64,000 bases of DNA from Pyrobaculum sp. (GCA_038879095.1 JAVZUI010000003.1:9640-73639); one strand, 5' to 3'. Shown: positions 35,676 through 44,533, counted from the stretch's first letter. Numbers and translations are program-made. Notes: generated by a model not told the origin, from the letters alone.

Positions 35676-36380
35676 CCTACGCGGGACGTTAGGCGGTAAG
35701 GATGTATATAGCGCAGTCGAGATGATTACGACTCCCACTACGTAGTGAAGCCGCTTGGAGTGCCCGCAGTGGATTAGGCGTTGCCCCAAAAATACGCCAA
35801 CGCCCGCAACGGCCCCGCCGACGAATATGGCGTGTTTTAAAGCAATAGATGCGGCCGCTTCGGCAGTCCTTAATACTGGCGCCAGCGCCTCTATCTCTCC
35901 GAAAAAAGCTCTCGTTAAGGCGAATGCCGTAGATGTACCCAACATGGCGTCGAAAAGGCCTACCGCAAAATTCACGACCTGCCTCACGGCGCGCGTCCTC
36001 GGCGACGCGCCGCGGATTACACCCAACACCTTCACTCCAGTGGCGAATAGCGCCGTAGATACTAACCACTTTAAGACAGTCCAGTTTAAAAATATCCACA
36101 CAACAACGCCAGCCGCCACCCCCAAAAGAGCCGGGAACCCCCTGAGATGTTCAACATGTAGGATGGGGCCCTGTCCGTATACCTTTTGATATATGAGGTT
36201 TAGAGCCCCCGCCACTGCCGTAGCTATGGTAAATGCGAGAGTCACCACCGGCGGCGGCAGGCCGAGAGCGAGCATCAGAGGGATGACGAACAAAATGGCG
36301 TACGCAGGCTCGCCCACAGCGTTAGCTATCACGCCGGCGAAGAACCCCGCGTAGAGCCACGCCGGCACCGACCCGTCCAT
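35640..36380 (-). CDS. TauE/SafE (DUF81)-like anion exporter membrane protein
   Basis: The 246-aa polytopic protein is Gly/Ala-rich, with TM helices in two similar halves. Assignment is by overall pattern only. Confidence 0.45.
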   Translation of the reverse strand: MDGSVPAWLYAGFFAGVIANAVGEPAYAILFVIPLMLALGLPPPVVTLAFTIATAVAGALNLIYQKVYGQGPILHVEHLRGFPALLGVAAGVVVWIFLNWTVLKWLVSTALFATGVKVLGVIRGASPRTRAVRQVVNFAVGLFDAMLGTSTAFALTRAFFGEIEALAPVLRTAEAAASIALKHAIFVGGAVAGVGVFLGQRLIHCGHSKRLHYVVGVVIISTALYTSLPPNVPRRLIRRQSSQPLD

Positions 36381-36639
36381 GCTTGGCCTTGTCTTTCCAT
36401 TAATAAATGTTTTCTAAATGAAAAATAATTAAGAAACAGCAACTTCTTACTTGTTTTCAGTATGTGGACATCATTTATAATTTTAGAACTGCCGTGCCGC
36501 TTATGCTGTGTATATTTTTAAATATTTCCGTCGGCGACCTCCGCGTTTACGTCAGCCGGGGCGCCTTCGCAGCTGTCGGCGGCGTGTCCGCCTACGCTCT
36601 AGGCGTCGAAGGTTTTAAAATGGAATTATATACGTGGGT

Positions 36640-37407
36640 ATGGAGTTTGTCCCTCCTAACCACCCGAGGAGGGAGTCCCTTTTGATTAGGGAGAGGCTTG
36701 TGGAGGGGTTTAGGGAGGGCTACGTGGCCCCCCAGGGCCTCATTGCCCAGGGGAGGGGGGAGTGCTTCGACTACCTCATCGGCGAGGTGACCACGGAGGA
36801 GGCTTGGGAGGCGGAGCGGGCAGCTGTGGCGGCGATGCTTCTGGCGAGGCGGCCCGTCATATCTGTAAACGGCAACGTGGCGGCTCTGGCTCCGGAGGGG
36901 GTGGTGAAGCTGGCGGAGGCCGTGGGGGCGGCGTTGGAGGTCAACCTCTTCTACCGGACGAGGGAGAGGGAGGTGCTGATCGCAGAGGTGTTAAGGAGGC
37001 ACGGGGCGCGGGAGGTTCTGGGCGTCGGCGACGACGCCTCTTGCACAATTCCCGAGCTCTTCAGCGAGAGGAGGAGGGTCTCGTGCCGGGGGATATACGT
37101 GGCGGACGTGGTGTTCGTCCCCCTGGAAGACGGCGACAGGACCGAGGCGCTGAGGAAGATGGGCAAGGTGGTAATAGCCGTGGACCTCAACCCCCTGTCC
37201 CGCACGGCGAGGGCCGCCTCGATCACCATCGTAGACAACGTGGTGAGGGCTGTGCCCAACATGGTCAAGCTGGCGGAGGAGATGCGGGGCTGGCCAAGGG
37301 AGAAGCTTGAGGCTTTGTTAAAGAGCTACGACAACGGCGCTGTGTTGAGGAGGGCGCTGAGGCGCATCGCGGAGAGGCTCTACGACATGGCCGAGGGCCG
37401 GGCTTGA
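36640..37407 (+). CDS. Archaeal phosphopantothenate synthetase (4-phosphopantoate--beta-alanine ligase, COG1701/DUF137)
   Basis: 'PPNHPRRESLLIRERLVEG...GLIAQGRGECFDYLIGE', 'ISVNGNVAAL', 'PLEDGDRTEAL' and 'VIAVDLNPLSRTA' match the family as I recall it. Confidence 0.8.
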   Translation: MEFVPPNHPRRESLLIRERLVEGFREGYVAPQGLIAQGRGECFDYLIGEVTTEEAWEAERAAVAAMLLARRPVISVNGNVAALAPEGVVKLAEAVGAALEVNLFYRTREREVLIAEVLRRHGAREVLGVGDDASCTIPELFSERRRVSCRGIYVADVVFVPLEDGDRTEALRKMGKVVIAVDLNPLSRTARAASITIVDNVVRAVPNMVKLAEEMRGWPREKLEALLKSYDNGAVLRRALRRIAERLYDMAEGRA

Positions 37408-37408
37408 C

Positions 37409-37819
37409 ATGGCCCTGGAGTTCGAGGGCGACAAGAGGGGCCTGGAGGCTTTTAAGAAGTTGCTAAAAGAAGAGTACGGGGCGGACTCAACTCTGATATG
37501 TAAAGAGGGGGGCGACTGCAGGCTGGTCCTCCTGGGCGCCGAGGCCGCCAAGTTCATAACGTCGATTGAGCCGCTGGCGGAGGACATATATGGAGAAAAG
37601 GTTTTGGACAACGGCCGGGTCAAGGTGTACGTAAAGCCGGCGCGGGGGAAGAGGGTGGAGGTCACCATGGTGTTCCTCGGCGAACACCCGGCGGTGTACC
37701 GCCACATGTTTAATGTATTTAAAAAGGGCAGGGGGGTGCGGGCGAGGTGCCGCGGGGGCAGGTGCGGAATTGAGCTCGGCGGCGACGTGCTCCTATTCCT
37801 CGTGGCTCAGAGCAGGTAG
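37409..37819 (+). CDS. Hypothetical protein in the CoA operon (reading continues in frame across two stops to 38052)
   Basis: 136-aa ORF starting 1 nt after the PPS stop. Protein-like sequence persists in the same frame after TAG 37817 and TGA 37925. Confidence 0.4.
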   Translation: MALEFEGDKRGLEAFKKLLKEEYGADSTLICKEGGDCRLVLLGAEAAKFITSIEPLAEDIYGEKVLDNGRVKVYVKPARGKRVEVTMVFLGEHPAVYRHMFNVFKKGRGVRARCRGGRCGIELGGDVLLFLVAQSR

Positions 37820-38090
37820 ACCAGCGAGGCGATTTTCGGCAGAGTGGTGGTGGAGGAGCCCGACTTCTGCGTGCACATAGCGGACGACGGCGTCCCGACG
37901 TTTTGTCTTAAAAAAGGCGTCAGGTGAAGGCCCTACCTCGCCGAGGCTGTCGGCGAGGGCTTCGTGGTGTACGGGCCTGAGGAGGACGTGAAGGAGATTT
38001 GGAACAGGCTTAGGAAATACGGCCTAGACATCGAGCCGCCGAGGCCTGCGTAGCCGCGGGGAGGTTTTATAAGTGTAAGTTCTTCCACCT

Positions 38091-38924
38091 GTGTTTGGAA
38101 TTGTGGGCCTTGGGGCGGTGGGGACTCTCCTCGCATATTTTCTAAACTCGGCGGGGCACGTGCCGTACGCCGTGGTGAGAGGCGGTGGCGGGGGGAGGAC
38201 CTTGAGGTGGGGCGGCGAGCACGTGGTTAGGGTCAGGCTGGTGGAGGCGCTCCCGCCCGAGGTGAAGTACGCCTTGGTGGCCGTGAAGGCCTACGACACC
38301 GAGGGGGCGTTGCCCAAGGTCAGGGGCTTTCCGGTGGTGTTTCAAAACGGGGTCGGGGGCCTGGAGCTGGTGAAAGAGAGACTCGGCGTTGGGGCCGGCG
38401 CGGTGCTGACCTACGGCGTGTGGAGGAGGGGCAGCGTGGTGGAGGTGGCGGGGGTGGGCGAGGTGATCCTGCCCGAGGAGGCTGGGGAGGTGGGCGATGC
38501 GCTGAGGAGGGGAGGCGCCAACGTGAGGATTGTCAAAGACGTGGAGCCCTACAGGTGGCTGAAGCTGGCCGTAAACGCTGGCATAAACCCCGTCACTGCG
38601 TTGCTTAGGGCTAAAAACGGCGTGGTGCTGGAGAATAGGCACGCCGCCGAGCTGGCGGCCTCGGCGGCGAGGGAGGCGGCCGAGGTGGCTACGCTGAGGG
38701 GGGTGGCGCTTCCGGCGGACCCAGTGGAGGAGCTGTTCAGAGTGGCGGCGGCCACGAGGGACAACCGCTCCTCCATGTTGCAAGACCTTTTAGAGTGTAG
38801 GCGCACCGAGGTGGACTATATCAACGGCGCCGTGGCGAAGTACGGCAAGGCGCTGGGCGCGGCGGCCCCCGTCAACGAGACTCTGTGGAGGCTGGTGAAG
38901 GCGGCGGAGGGGACATGTCCCTAG
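38091..38924 (+). CDS. panE: 2-dehydropantoate 2-reductase (ApbA/PanE family)
   Basis: N-terminal Rossmann 'IVGLGAVGTLLAYFL', plus 'WLKLAVNAGINPVTALL', 'SSMLQDL' and 'EVDYINGAV'. Confidence 0.8.
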   Translation: MFGIVGLGAVGTLLAYFLNSAGHVPYAVVRGGGGGRTLRWGGEHVVRVRLVEALPPEVKYALVAVKAYDTEGALPKVRGFPVVFQNGVGGLELVKERLGVGAGAVLTYGVWRRGSVVEVAGVGEVILPEEAGEVGDALRRGGANVRIVKDVEPYRWLKLAVNAGINPVTALLRAKNGVVLENRHAAELAASAAREAAEVATLRGVALPADPVEELFRVAAATRDNRSSMLQDLLECRRTEVDYINGAVAKYGKALGAAAPVNETLWRLVKAAEGTCP

Positions 38925-39751
38925 TCGCCTACGTCCCCCTCCACGTCTCCAGCATGTGGGCACCGGCGTACGACCCAGACGAGCTGAAGACGGGCTCAGT
39001 CGGCGCGGGGGTTCTCCTGTGGCCCGGCGTAAAGGTGAGGCTTGGCCGCGGGAGGAGGCTACCCCACGTCGACGCAGTGTTGGCGAGGCTGGGGGTGCGG
39101 GCCGAGGTTGCCTTTTCATCTCCCGCCGAGCCGGGGCAGGGATACGGCGTCAGCGGTGCGGTGGCGCTCGGCACAGCCATGATGGCGGCGGCCGCGGCGG
39201 GGAGGCCCCTGCTTCAAGCGGCCCAGGCGGCCCACGTCGTCGAGGTGGCGATGGGCACGGGGCTTGGGGACGTGGCCGCCCAGTTCCACGGCGGCGGCAT
39301 CGAGGTGAGGGTGAGGCCGGGGGCGCCTGGGGTAGGCCTCGTGGACAGAGTGCCGCACCCCGCCGGCTTGATGGCCCTTGTGCACGAGTACGGGCGCGAG
39401 GATACGTCGTCTATGCTGAGGAGGCTGGCCGGCTTCTTGGCGTCTGAGGGCAGGGAGCTGGTGGAGAGGTTTTTGAAAGAGCCTACCTACGACTCTTTTC
39501 TGAGGTACAGCGCCGAGTTCTCCAGGAGGGCGGGCTTCCTTACCCAAGACGTGGAGGCGAGGGCCTCGGCGTGTAGGCGTCTTTTCGACGGCTACTACGC
39601 GAAGAAGGGGGTCTTGGTGTTCTTGACGTACAGAGACGTGGTGGAGGATGCGGCGCGGTGCCTAAGCGGCGTGGGCCTTGCGGTTAGGCCCTTCCGCCTA
39701 GCGCACTCCGGAGCTCTTGTTTTTCACAGTAGGCCTCGTACTCCGCCATGA
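38915..39751 (+). CDS. Archaeal pantoate kinase (GHMP-kinase family, COG1829)
   Basis: GHMP motif 'PGQGYGVSGAVALGTAMMAA' and 'GTGLGDVAAQFHGGIEVR'. It overlaps the panE stop. Confidence 0.7.
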   Translation: MSLVAYVPLHVSSMWAPAYDPDELKTGSVGAGVLLWPGVKVRLGRGRRLPHVDAVLARLGVRAEVAFSSPAEPGQGYGVSGAVALGTAMMAAAAAGRPLLQAAQAAHVVEVAMGTGLGDVAAQFHGGGIEVRVRPGAPGVGLVDRVPHPAGLMALVHEYGREDTSSMLRRLAGFLASEGRELVERFLKEPTYDSFLRYSAEFSRRAGFLTQDVEARASACRRLFDGYYAKKGVLVFLTYRDVVEDAARCLSGVGLAVRPFRLAHSGALVFHSRPRTPP

Positions 39752-40244
39752 GCTCCACGTCTTGAGTCTCCTCCAGGACGAGCTTTACGATGGTGCATAC
39801 GTCGCTGATGACGTCTTCTTTCCGCGAGTAGAGGCTTAACACGGCCTCTGGGTCGAATCCGTTGAAGCTGAACTGGTAGAGGGCCAGGGCGGTGAGGACG
39901 TGTTTGCCAAGCCCAACCCTCTCTGCGAGGTCTCTGATGGCCGAGACGGGGACGTAGGCCACCAATATGTCGCCCATGCGCACCACGTCGGGGCCGATGC
40001 GCCTAGTCTCCGAGTACACGGAGTTCAGCTCGTCTCTAATCTTGCCCGCCCTGGCCGCCACGACGGACCTGAAGGCTAGGAAGGCCATGGCGGCGGCGTT
40101 TCTAAAGTAGCCGCTTTGCAACATCTTTATTGCCAAAAGCGCCTCGGAAACCGCCGACCTGCGCCTGGCGGCGACGTATTTAGAGGGGTACCTCCAAGGC
40201 TTTGGAAACCCCCTAAGAGTAAGAAGCGGCTCTATAGATTCCAT
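39684..40244 (-). CDS. PaREP1/PaREP8-like (HEPN-like) protein
   Basis: 'EALLAIKMLQSGYFRNAAAMAFLAFRSVVAA' and 'LALYQFSFNGFD' parallel the 'RNAAGKAF' and 'HEFQYNG' motifs of the other copies. Confidence 0.55.
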   Translation of the reverse strand: MESIEPLLTLRGFPKPWRYPSKYVAARRRSAVSEALLAIKMLQSGYFRNAAAMAFLAFRSVVAARAGKIRDELNSVYSETRRIGPDVVRMGDILVAYVPVSAIRDLAERVGLGKHVLTALALYQFSFNGFDPEAVLSLYSRKEDVISDVCTIVKLVLEETQDVELMAEYEAYCEKQELRSALGGRA

Positions 40245-40273
40245 AAATAAAGAAAAAATAATATTTATGAACT

Positions 40274-40594
40274 TTACGCGTATAAAAAGAAGAGGGCCGC
40301 CAAGACTGCCAGTTCAAAAACTTCGAAAAACGAGTAGTACACCCCGTACTGGGAGTACCTGCCCAAGACCCCGGCGAAGTACAGAGGGACTCCCAGGAAG
40401 TGGACGGCGGCCATGAAGAGCACCAAAGGCCACAGGGGGCCGCCGCGGGCGAGGGCCCAGACGTAGAAGGCGGCTTCGTAAAGCGCAACTGCCTTGGCCC
40501 AGAGGCCTCGCGGGTACCTCCCCCTCCGCGAGTTTACCGCCGTCCACGCGTGTTTGTAAAACATGGGGACGAACAGCAGGGCGCTAAAGTCCAT
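40274..40594 (-). CDS. Small integral membrane protein (3 TM), downstream of the hemerythrin-like gene
   Basis: The 106-aa ORF is hydrophobic. Its start overlaps the hemerythrin gene end. Confidence 0.45.
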   Translation of the reverse strand: MDFSALLFVPMFYKHAWTAVNSRRGRYPRGLWAKAVALYEAAFYVWALARGGPLWPLVLFMAAVHFLGVPLYFAGVLGRYSQYGVYYSFFEVFELAVLAALFFLYA

Positions 40595-41123
40595 ACTTCT
40601 TTTTCAACTCGTCGAGCGTGGCCACCCACTTGTCGTGTTCGTGTTCTTTCTCGATGTCCTCCACGCTTCGGCTGGCGGACACCTCCGCCACGGCGGACTC
40701 GAGCATGGGGAAGAGGACGTTGTTCTCTTTGTCGATGTGCTGCGCCAGGTGGTCTATGTACAACTTGGCGTAGTCCACAAGCTCCGCCAACGCCCTCTGG
40801 TCGCCGGCCCTCCACGCCTTGTACAACTCCTCCATCACCCTGGCCAGATATCTGCCGACGCCGTGTTCAGAGACCATTACATAAATAGGCCCCCCTGCGA
40901 AGGGGAAGCCCGCCCTGTTCGCCCCTTGGAACAAGACGTACTCCTCCACGCCGTGGTGACACGCGTCGACGAAGCTCTGGGCGAAGCGGATGAGCTTAAT
41001 TACGTCCTCGGGGTCCGGCGAGGGCGAGGACAAGACCTTGTCTAACAGCTGTAGCGCCTCTAGAATCTTGTCGTGGTGCTCCCTCAAGGCCGAAGTGACG
41101 TACTTCACCCTTACTTTTACCAT
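40584..41123 (-). CDS. Hemerythrin-like (HHE cation-binding) diiron protein
   Basis: 'EHHDKILE', 'CHHGVEEYVLF' and 'HIDKENNVLFP' give repeated H/HxxxE ligand patterns. It has its own TATA-like box about 20 nt upstream. Confidence 0.75.
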   Translation of the reverse strand: MVKVRVKYVTSALREHHDKILEALQLLDKVLSSPSPDPEDVIKLIRFAQSFVDACHHGVEEYVLFQGANRAGFPFAGGPIYVMVSEHGVGRYLARVMEELYKAWRAGDQRALAELVDYAKLYIDHLAQHIDKENNVLFPMLESAVAEVSASRSVEDIEKEHEHDKWVATLDELKKKYGL

Positions 41124-41166
41124 GTATACGACGTCGTTTTATATTTAAAAATATTTTTGTGAAAAA

Positions 41167-42615
41167 TTACTTTCTTTTAAAAACAGTTCTAATGATTTGG
41201 ACTAAAAAGTATATTTGTGAGAAGGCGAGGAGAAGGCCGAAGGCGGCGATTATCAAAAGCCCATCTGTGGGGGCAAACGGCGCCATTGGGTAAGTGCGTC
41301 GGATTACGCTTTGGCTCCCAAGCCAGGAAAACGCGTAGAGTAACCCGACGGCGGCGACAAAAGTCGTGGCGATGTGCACATAAGCGGCTCTGTCGCCTAT
41401 CTTGCTGGGCAGGAGTAGAGACTGGTGCCTGTAGAAGTCCCCCAGCCACATGAGGAAGACTGCGAGTAATATGGCCATGAGGTGTGCCGTGGCGAAATAC
41501 GTTCCGTGCATTACAAAAGATAGGCCTATGGTGGCGAGGAGCATGGCCAAGAACCCGTCTGCTATGTACAAGGTAAAGCCGAGGTAGGCGGCTAACAGCG
41601 GCGGAGAGATCTTAGCCTTGTACTTTGCCAACGTTGCCGCTATGTTGAAGACAGAAAACGCGGCGCCGAATCCCACCAGCCAGCTGGCAATTTGAGAAAC
41701 TACGCTTAGGCCAAAGGGCTGGGTGGAAGACATGGTGTACAAGTGGTGGCCGAAGGCAAAGGGGGCGGCTATTGTGTAGATCAATATAGCAACGCGCCCC
41801 AAGGTGTCGCTGTATAAAACAGCCTCTCTGCTCTCGGTGCATCTAGAAATGACCCAGTAGGCAGTTCCGAGGGCCATAACGCCCATCACCTCCATCAAAG
41901 TGTGGGCGAACAGCCAAAAGGCGTAGTTAAAGTTCACAGGCTCTAACAGCTGGACGATGGCGGGAAGTCCCAGTAGGAACAACGCCGCAGACGCCGCGGC
42001 AAGCAGAACGGGCGCGCCCACGGTGGGCAGTATAAAGACCGCGGGGACCATGCCCATCATGCCCCTCGGGCTGAGGTTCCCCAGCGACTTTTCTAACACA
42101 AGGTCGGGGACAGACCTGCCGAAGAACAAGAGGCGGGCGAGAGAGGCTGGGTAGACCAAGGCTATGGCCGCCACCAGCATAATAACGCCTATTACAAAAA
42201 GAGTCAGCTCGGGGCGGCCCCACATTAAGCCCAGCCCAGCCGCGGGCAAGGGGAACATCAAAGTGTAGCTAGTCCTAACCCCCATGACCACTGCGGAAAG
42301 CGCCAGCAAGCCGCCTAGATTTAGGAAAATGAAGAGTAGCTTTTCAAGCCACGTGTCTGTCCTCCTGCCGTTGCAAAAACCTGCCCTTAGGAGAGACAGA
42401 GAGGCGGTGAACTGGAAGAGGCCGGGGAATGTGGTGATGAGACCGTGTAGCGACATGGCTATGTAATACTCGGCGGGGCTTTCGCTCCGCGTGAGCTGGG
42501 CCAGCACCATGTAGGGGCCGAAGAAGGCGCCTACAAACAGCCAAATCACAGAGGCGAAGAACATCCGGCGAGGGATTTTAGAGAGGGCCTCTATGTACTG
42601 CAACAGCCCGCTCAT
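41167..42615 (-). CDS. Heme-copper oxidase superfamily subunit I, divergent (His3+Glu active-site signature)
   Basis: Helix II 'SLHGLITTF', helix VI 'FWLFAHTLMEVMG', helix VII 'FAFGHHLYTM', helix X 'MHGTYFATAHLM'. About 12 TM segments. No Tyr at His+4; a Glu occupies that position. Confidence 0.8.
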   Translation of the reverse strand: MSGLLQYIEALSKIPRRMFFASVIWLFVGAFFGPYMVLAQLTRSESPAEYYIAMSLHGLITTFPGLFQFTASLSLLRAGFCNGRRTDTWLEKLLFIFLNLGGLLALSAVVMGVRTSYTLMFPLPAAGLGLMWGRPELTLFVIGVIMLVAAIALVYPASLARLLFFGRSVPDLVLEKSLGNLSPRGMMGMVPAVFILPTVGAPVLLAAASAALFLLGLPAIVQLLEPVNFNYAFWLFAHTLMEVMGVMALGTAYWVISRCTESREAVLYSDTLGRVAILIYTIAAPFAFGHHLYTMSSTQPFGLSVVSQIASWLVGFGAAFSVFNIAATLAKYKAKISPPLLAAYLGFTLYIADGFLAMLLATIGLSFVMHGTYFATAHLMAILLAVFLMWLGDFYRHQSLLLPSKIGDRAAYVHIATTFVAAVGLLYAFSWLGSQSVIRRTYPMAPFAPTDGLLIIAAFGLLLAFSQIYFLVQIIRTVFKRK

Positions 42616-43121
42616 GGCCTCACATACAGCCTGGCCATCATAAAGGCGTGCCCATCGCCGCAGTACTCAAGGCAACGTAGCGTATACACGCCCGGCGGCA
42701 GATATAAAGTAACTACCTCTTTATGACCTGGCATTAACATAACAGTGGCGAGGAGCCTCCCATTTTCGTCGTATATCCCCATGCTGTGCATAGTGTCTCT
42801 AGACGTGGCGACAAACGTAACGTACCCGCTCTTCACCTCCGCAGACGAGAGCTGAAAACCCCACATATAAGCCGTGACGTACAACGTGGCGTTCACCTCT
42901 CCATGGCTTTTGCCCACGTCGCCGGGAATCCAGCTGAAACTGGCCACATTTACAGCCAGCCACAAAGCCGCCACTGAGAGCAACCACAATGCCTCCGCCA
43001 CGGTAGGAGGGCTCCTTTTTCTTTTAGCTGAGGCGATAAGTATGTACAGATACACAACAATAAACGGAATTGTAGTAACTAGAAGAAACGTATAGACGCT
43101 AATAGGGGTGTTTGTAATCAT
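42612..43121 (-). CDS. Heme-copper oxidase subunit II with CuA-type cupredoxin domain
   Basis: Two N-terminal TM segments, then 'DTMHSMGI' and 'CLEYCGDGHAFM' (H...CxExCGxxHxxM). ATGA overlap with subunit I. Confidence 0.8.
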   Translation of the reverse strand: MITNTPISVYTFLLVTTIPFIVVYLYILIASAKRKRSPPTVAEALWLLSVAALWLAVNVASFSWIPGDVGKSHGEVNATLYVTAYMWGFQLSSAEVKSGYVTFVATSRDTMHSMGIYDENGRLLATVMLMPGHKEVVTLYLPPGVYTLRCLEYCGDGHAFMMARLYVRP

Positions 43122-43224
43122 GAGCTGGAAAAATTATGTTTTTAATGAATATTTTGGTGAAAGAAATGCAGTGAATAAATTACACAATAATTAAAAAATC
43201 TAATTCTATTTCTATCTATTTCTA

Positions 43225-44115
43225 CTATTGAGCCTCGAATCCAGATAGCATGACTACGCTCTCTGTGGTAAACGCCAGCGCCACGCCGAGGGTTAGGGAA
43301 AGCCAAAACTTCGGGCTCATGACGCCTCCCAGCTTCGACAAGGCGTTTAAATTCACGTGCAACATGGCGTAGACAATGGATGCGTTAGCCACCGAGTTTA
43401 ACACTGCCAGCACAAGGCCGTGAGTAACCCCGAGGTAGTAGACCCCAGCCCCAGCCACTGTCGGCAACCCCGCAAGTAGCGAGAGCCAAAATAACGACAG
43501 AAGCGGGGGGTTCTTCCTGCCGGCCAGTAGCGGTCCCACTATTGCGAAGCCCTCCGTGGCGTTGTGCACGGCGAAGCCCACTGTGAACAACACAGCAGAG
43601 GCCAGCGCCCCCGCGAGCAAGCTCGCCGCAATTGCAAAGCCCTCCCCCACGTTGTGTACGCCCAGTGCGGCGGCGACGATGAAAGCCGTGGCCGTGGACT
43701 GTTCAAAGCCGCTACGTATAGCGGCCTTTTCAACACGGGTAAGGACTAGAAACGTAAGTACAAAAGCCAGCGTAGTAACTATCGACGCTACGACAAAATC
43801 TCCTATTGTTTCCCACCTCGCCAACTCCTCTACATATTCAGCCGCCGCGTGGCCTGTCTCTAGGGCTAAGTACGCCAACACGCCTCCTGCTACAGCTTGT
43901 AAAATGCCAAGTGAGGTGTTGCTTAGCCTACCCCGCAGGAAATACAGCGCATAAGCCCCTATAAACACTGTTATACCAGCAATAAGCCCAAAGACCAGCG
44001 GAAGCAGAGATACCGAAGTGGCAGAGGGCGGGTTGTACAAAAGGCCGAAGCCCACTGCCAAGCCTAAGCTAGCAAGGCTCCACAGCTTTGTCTTCCCATG
44101 TATCTTCCACGCCAC
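43225..44115 (-). CDS. ZIP-family divalent metal transporter (ZupT/GufA-like)
   Basis: Duplicated 'HNVGEGFAIA' and 'HNATEGFAIVG' motifs in a polytopic protein. Confidence 0.8.
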   Translation of the reverse strand: MAWKIHGKTKLWSLASLGLAVGFGLLYNPPSATSVSLLPLVFGLIAGITVFIGAYALYFLRGRLSNTSLGILQAVAGGVLAYLALETGHAAAEYVEELARWETIGDFVVASIVTTLAFVLTFLVLTRVEKAAIRSGFEQSTATAFIVAAALGVHNVGEGFAIAASLLAGALASAVLFTVGFAVHNATEGFAIVGPLLAGRKNPPLLSLFWLSLLAGLPTVAGAGVYYLGVTHGLVLAVLNSVANASIVYAMLHVNLNALSKLGGVMSPKFWLSLTLGVALAFTTESVVMLSGFEAQ

Positions 44116-44143
44116 GTCCTCACCACGAACTATATTTTAAAGC

Positions 44144-44158
44144 ATTAACATTGTTAAT
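44144..44158. promoter_or_regulatory. Palindromic operator ATTAACATTGTTAAT (TTAAC-N3-GTTAA) abutting the ZIP transporter TATA box
   Basis: Perfect 15-bp palindrome. On the gene strand it is followed by GC and TTTAAAATA about 25 nt before the ZIP ATG. Confidence 0.55.
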
Positions 44159-44185
44159 ACTTTCTTCTAGAATTAAAAATAAATT

Positions 44186-44533
44186 CTACTTTGCAAACGT
44201 TGTTATTAGTAAATCAGTTTGTGCCTTTAACTCCCTAGCTGGCAACTTAGACGTGTTACATAGTGCCAATGCTTTTCTGAAACTTTTTGATATGAAATAT
44301 ACCGCGCCGTAACCCGTCCCCGCTTTTTCTACCATGTAGTGTTTTTCTAATACCGCTAGGTGGTACCTCACAGTTTTATAATCTAGCTTTAACTCTTGGG
44401 CGAGCTGATGTGCGTTCTTAGGCATCTGGCGTAGGGACTTTACAATTTTTAAACGAGTTTCCCCGCCTCGTGAAGCCACAAAAAGTAAAATTATTAACTT
44501 CCGGACATGTACAACGTGGGGAGCGTGAGTCAT
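44186..44533 (-). CDS. ArsR-like winged-helix transcriptional regulator
   Basis: 'RLKIVKSLRQMPKNAHQLAQELKLDYKTVRYHLAVLEKHYMVEK'. It lies directly upstream of the ZIP transporter on the same strand. Confidence 0.7.
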   Translation of the reverse strand: MTHAPHVVHVRKLIILLFVASRGGETRLKIVKSLRQMPKNAHQLAQELKLDYKTVRYHLAVLEKHYMVEKAGTGYGAVYFISKSFRKALALCNTSKLPARELKAQTDLLITTFAK

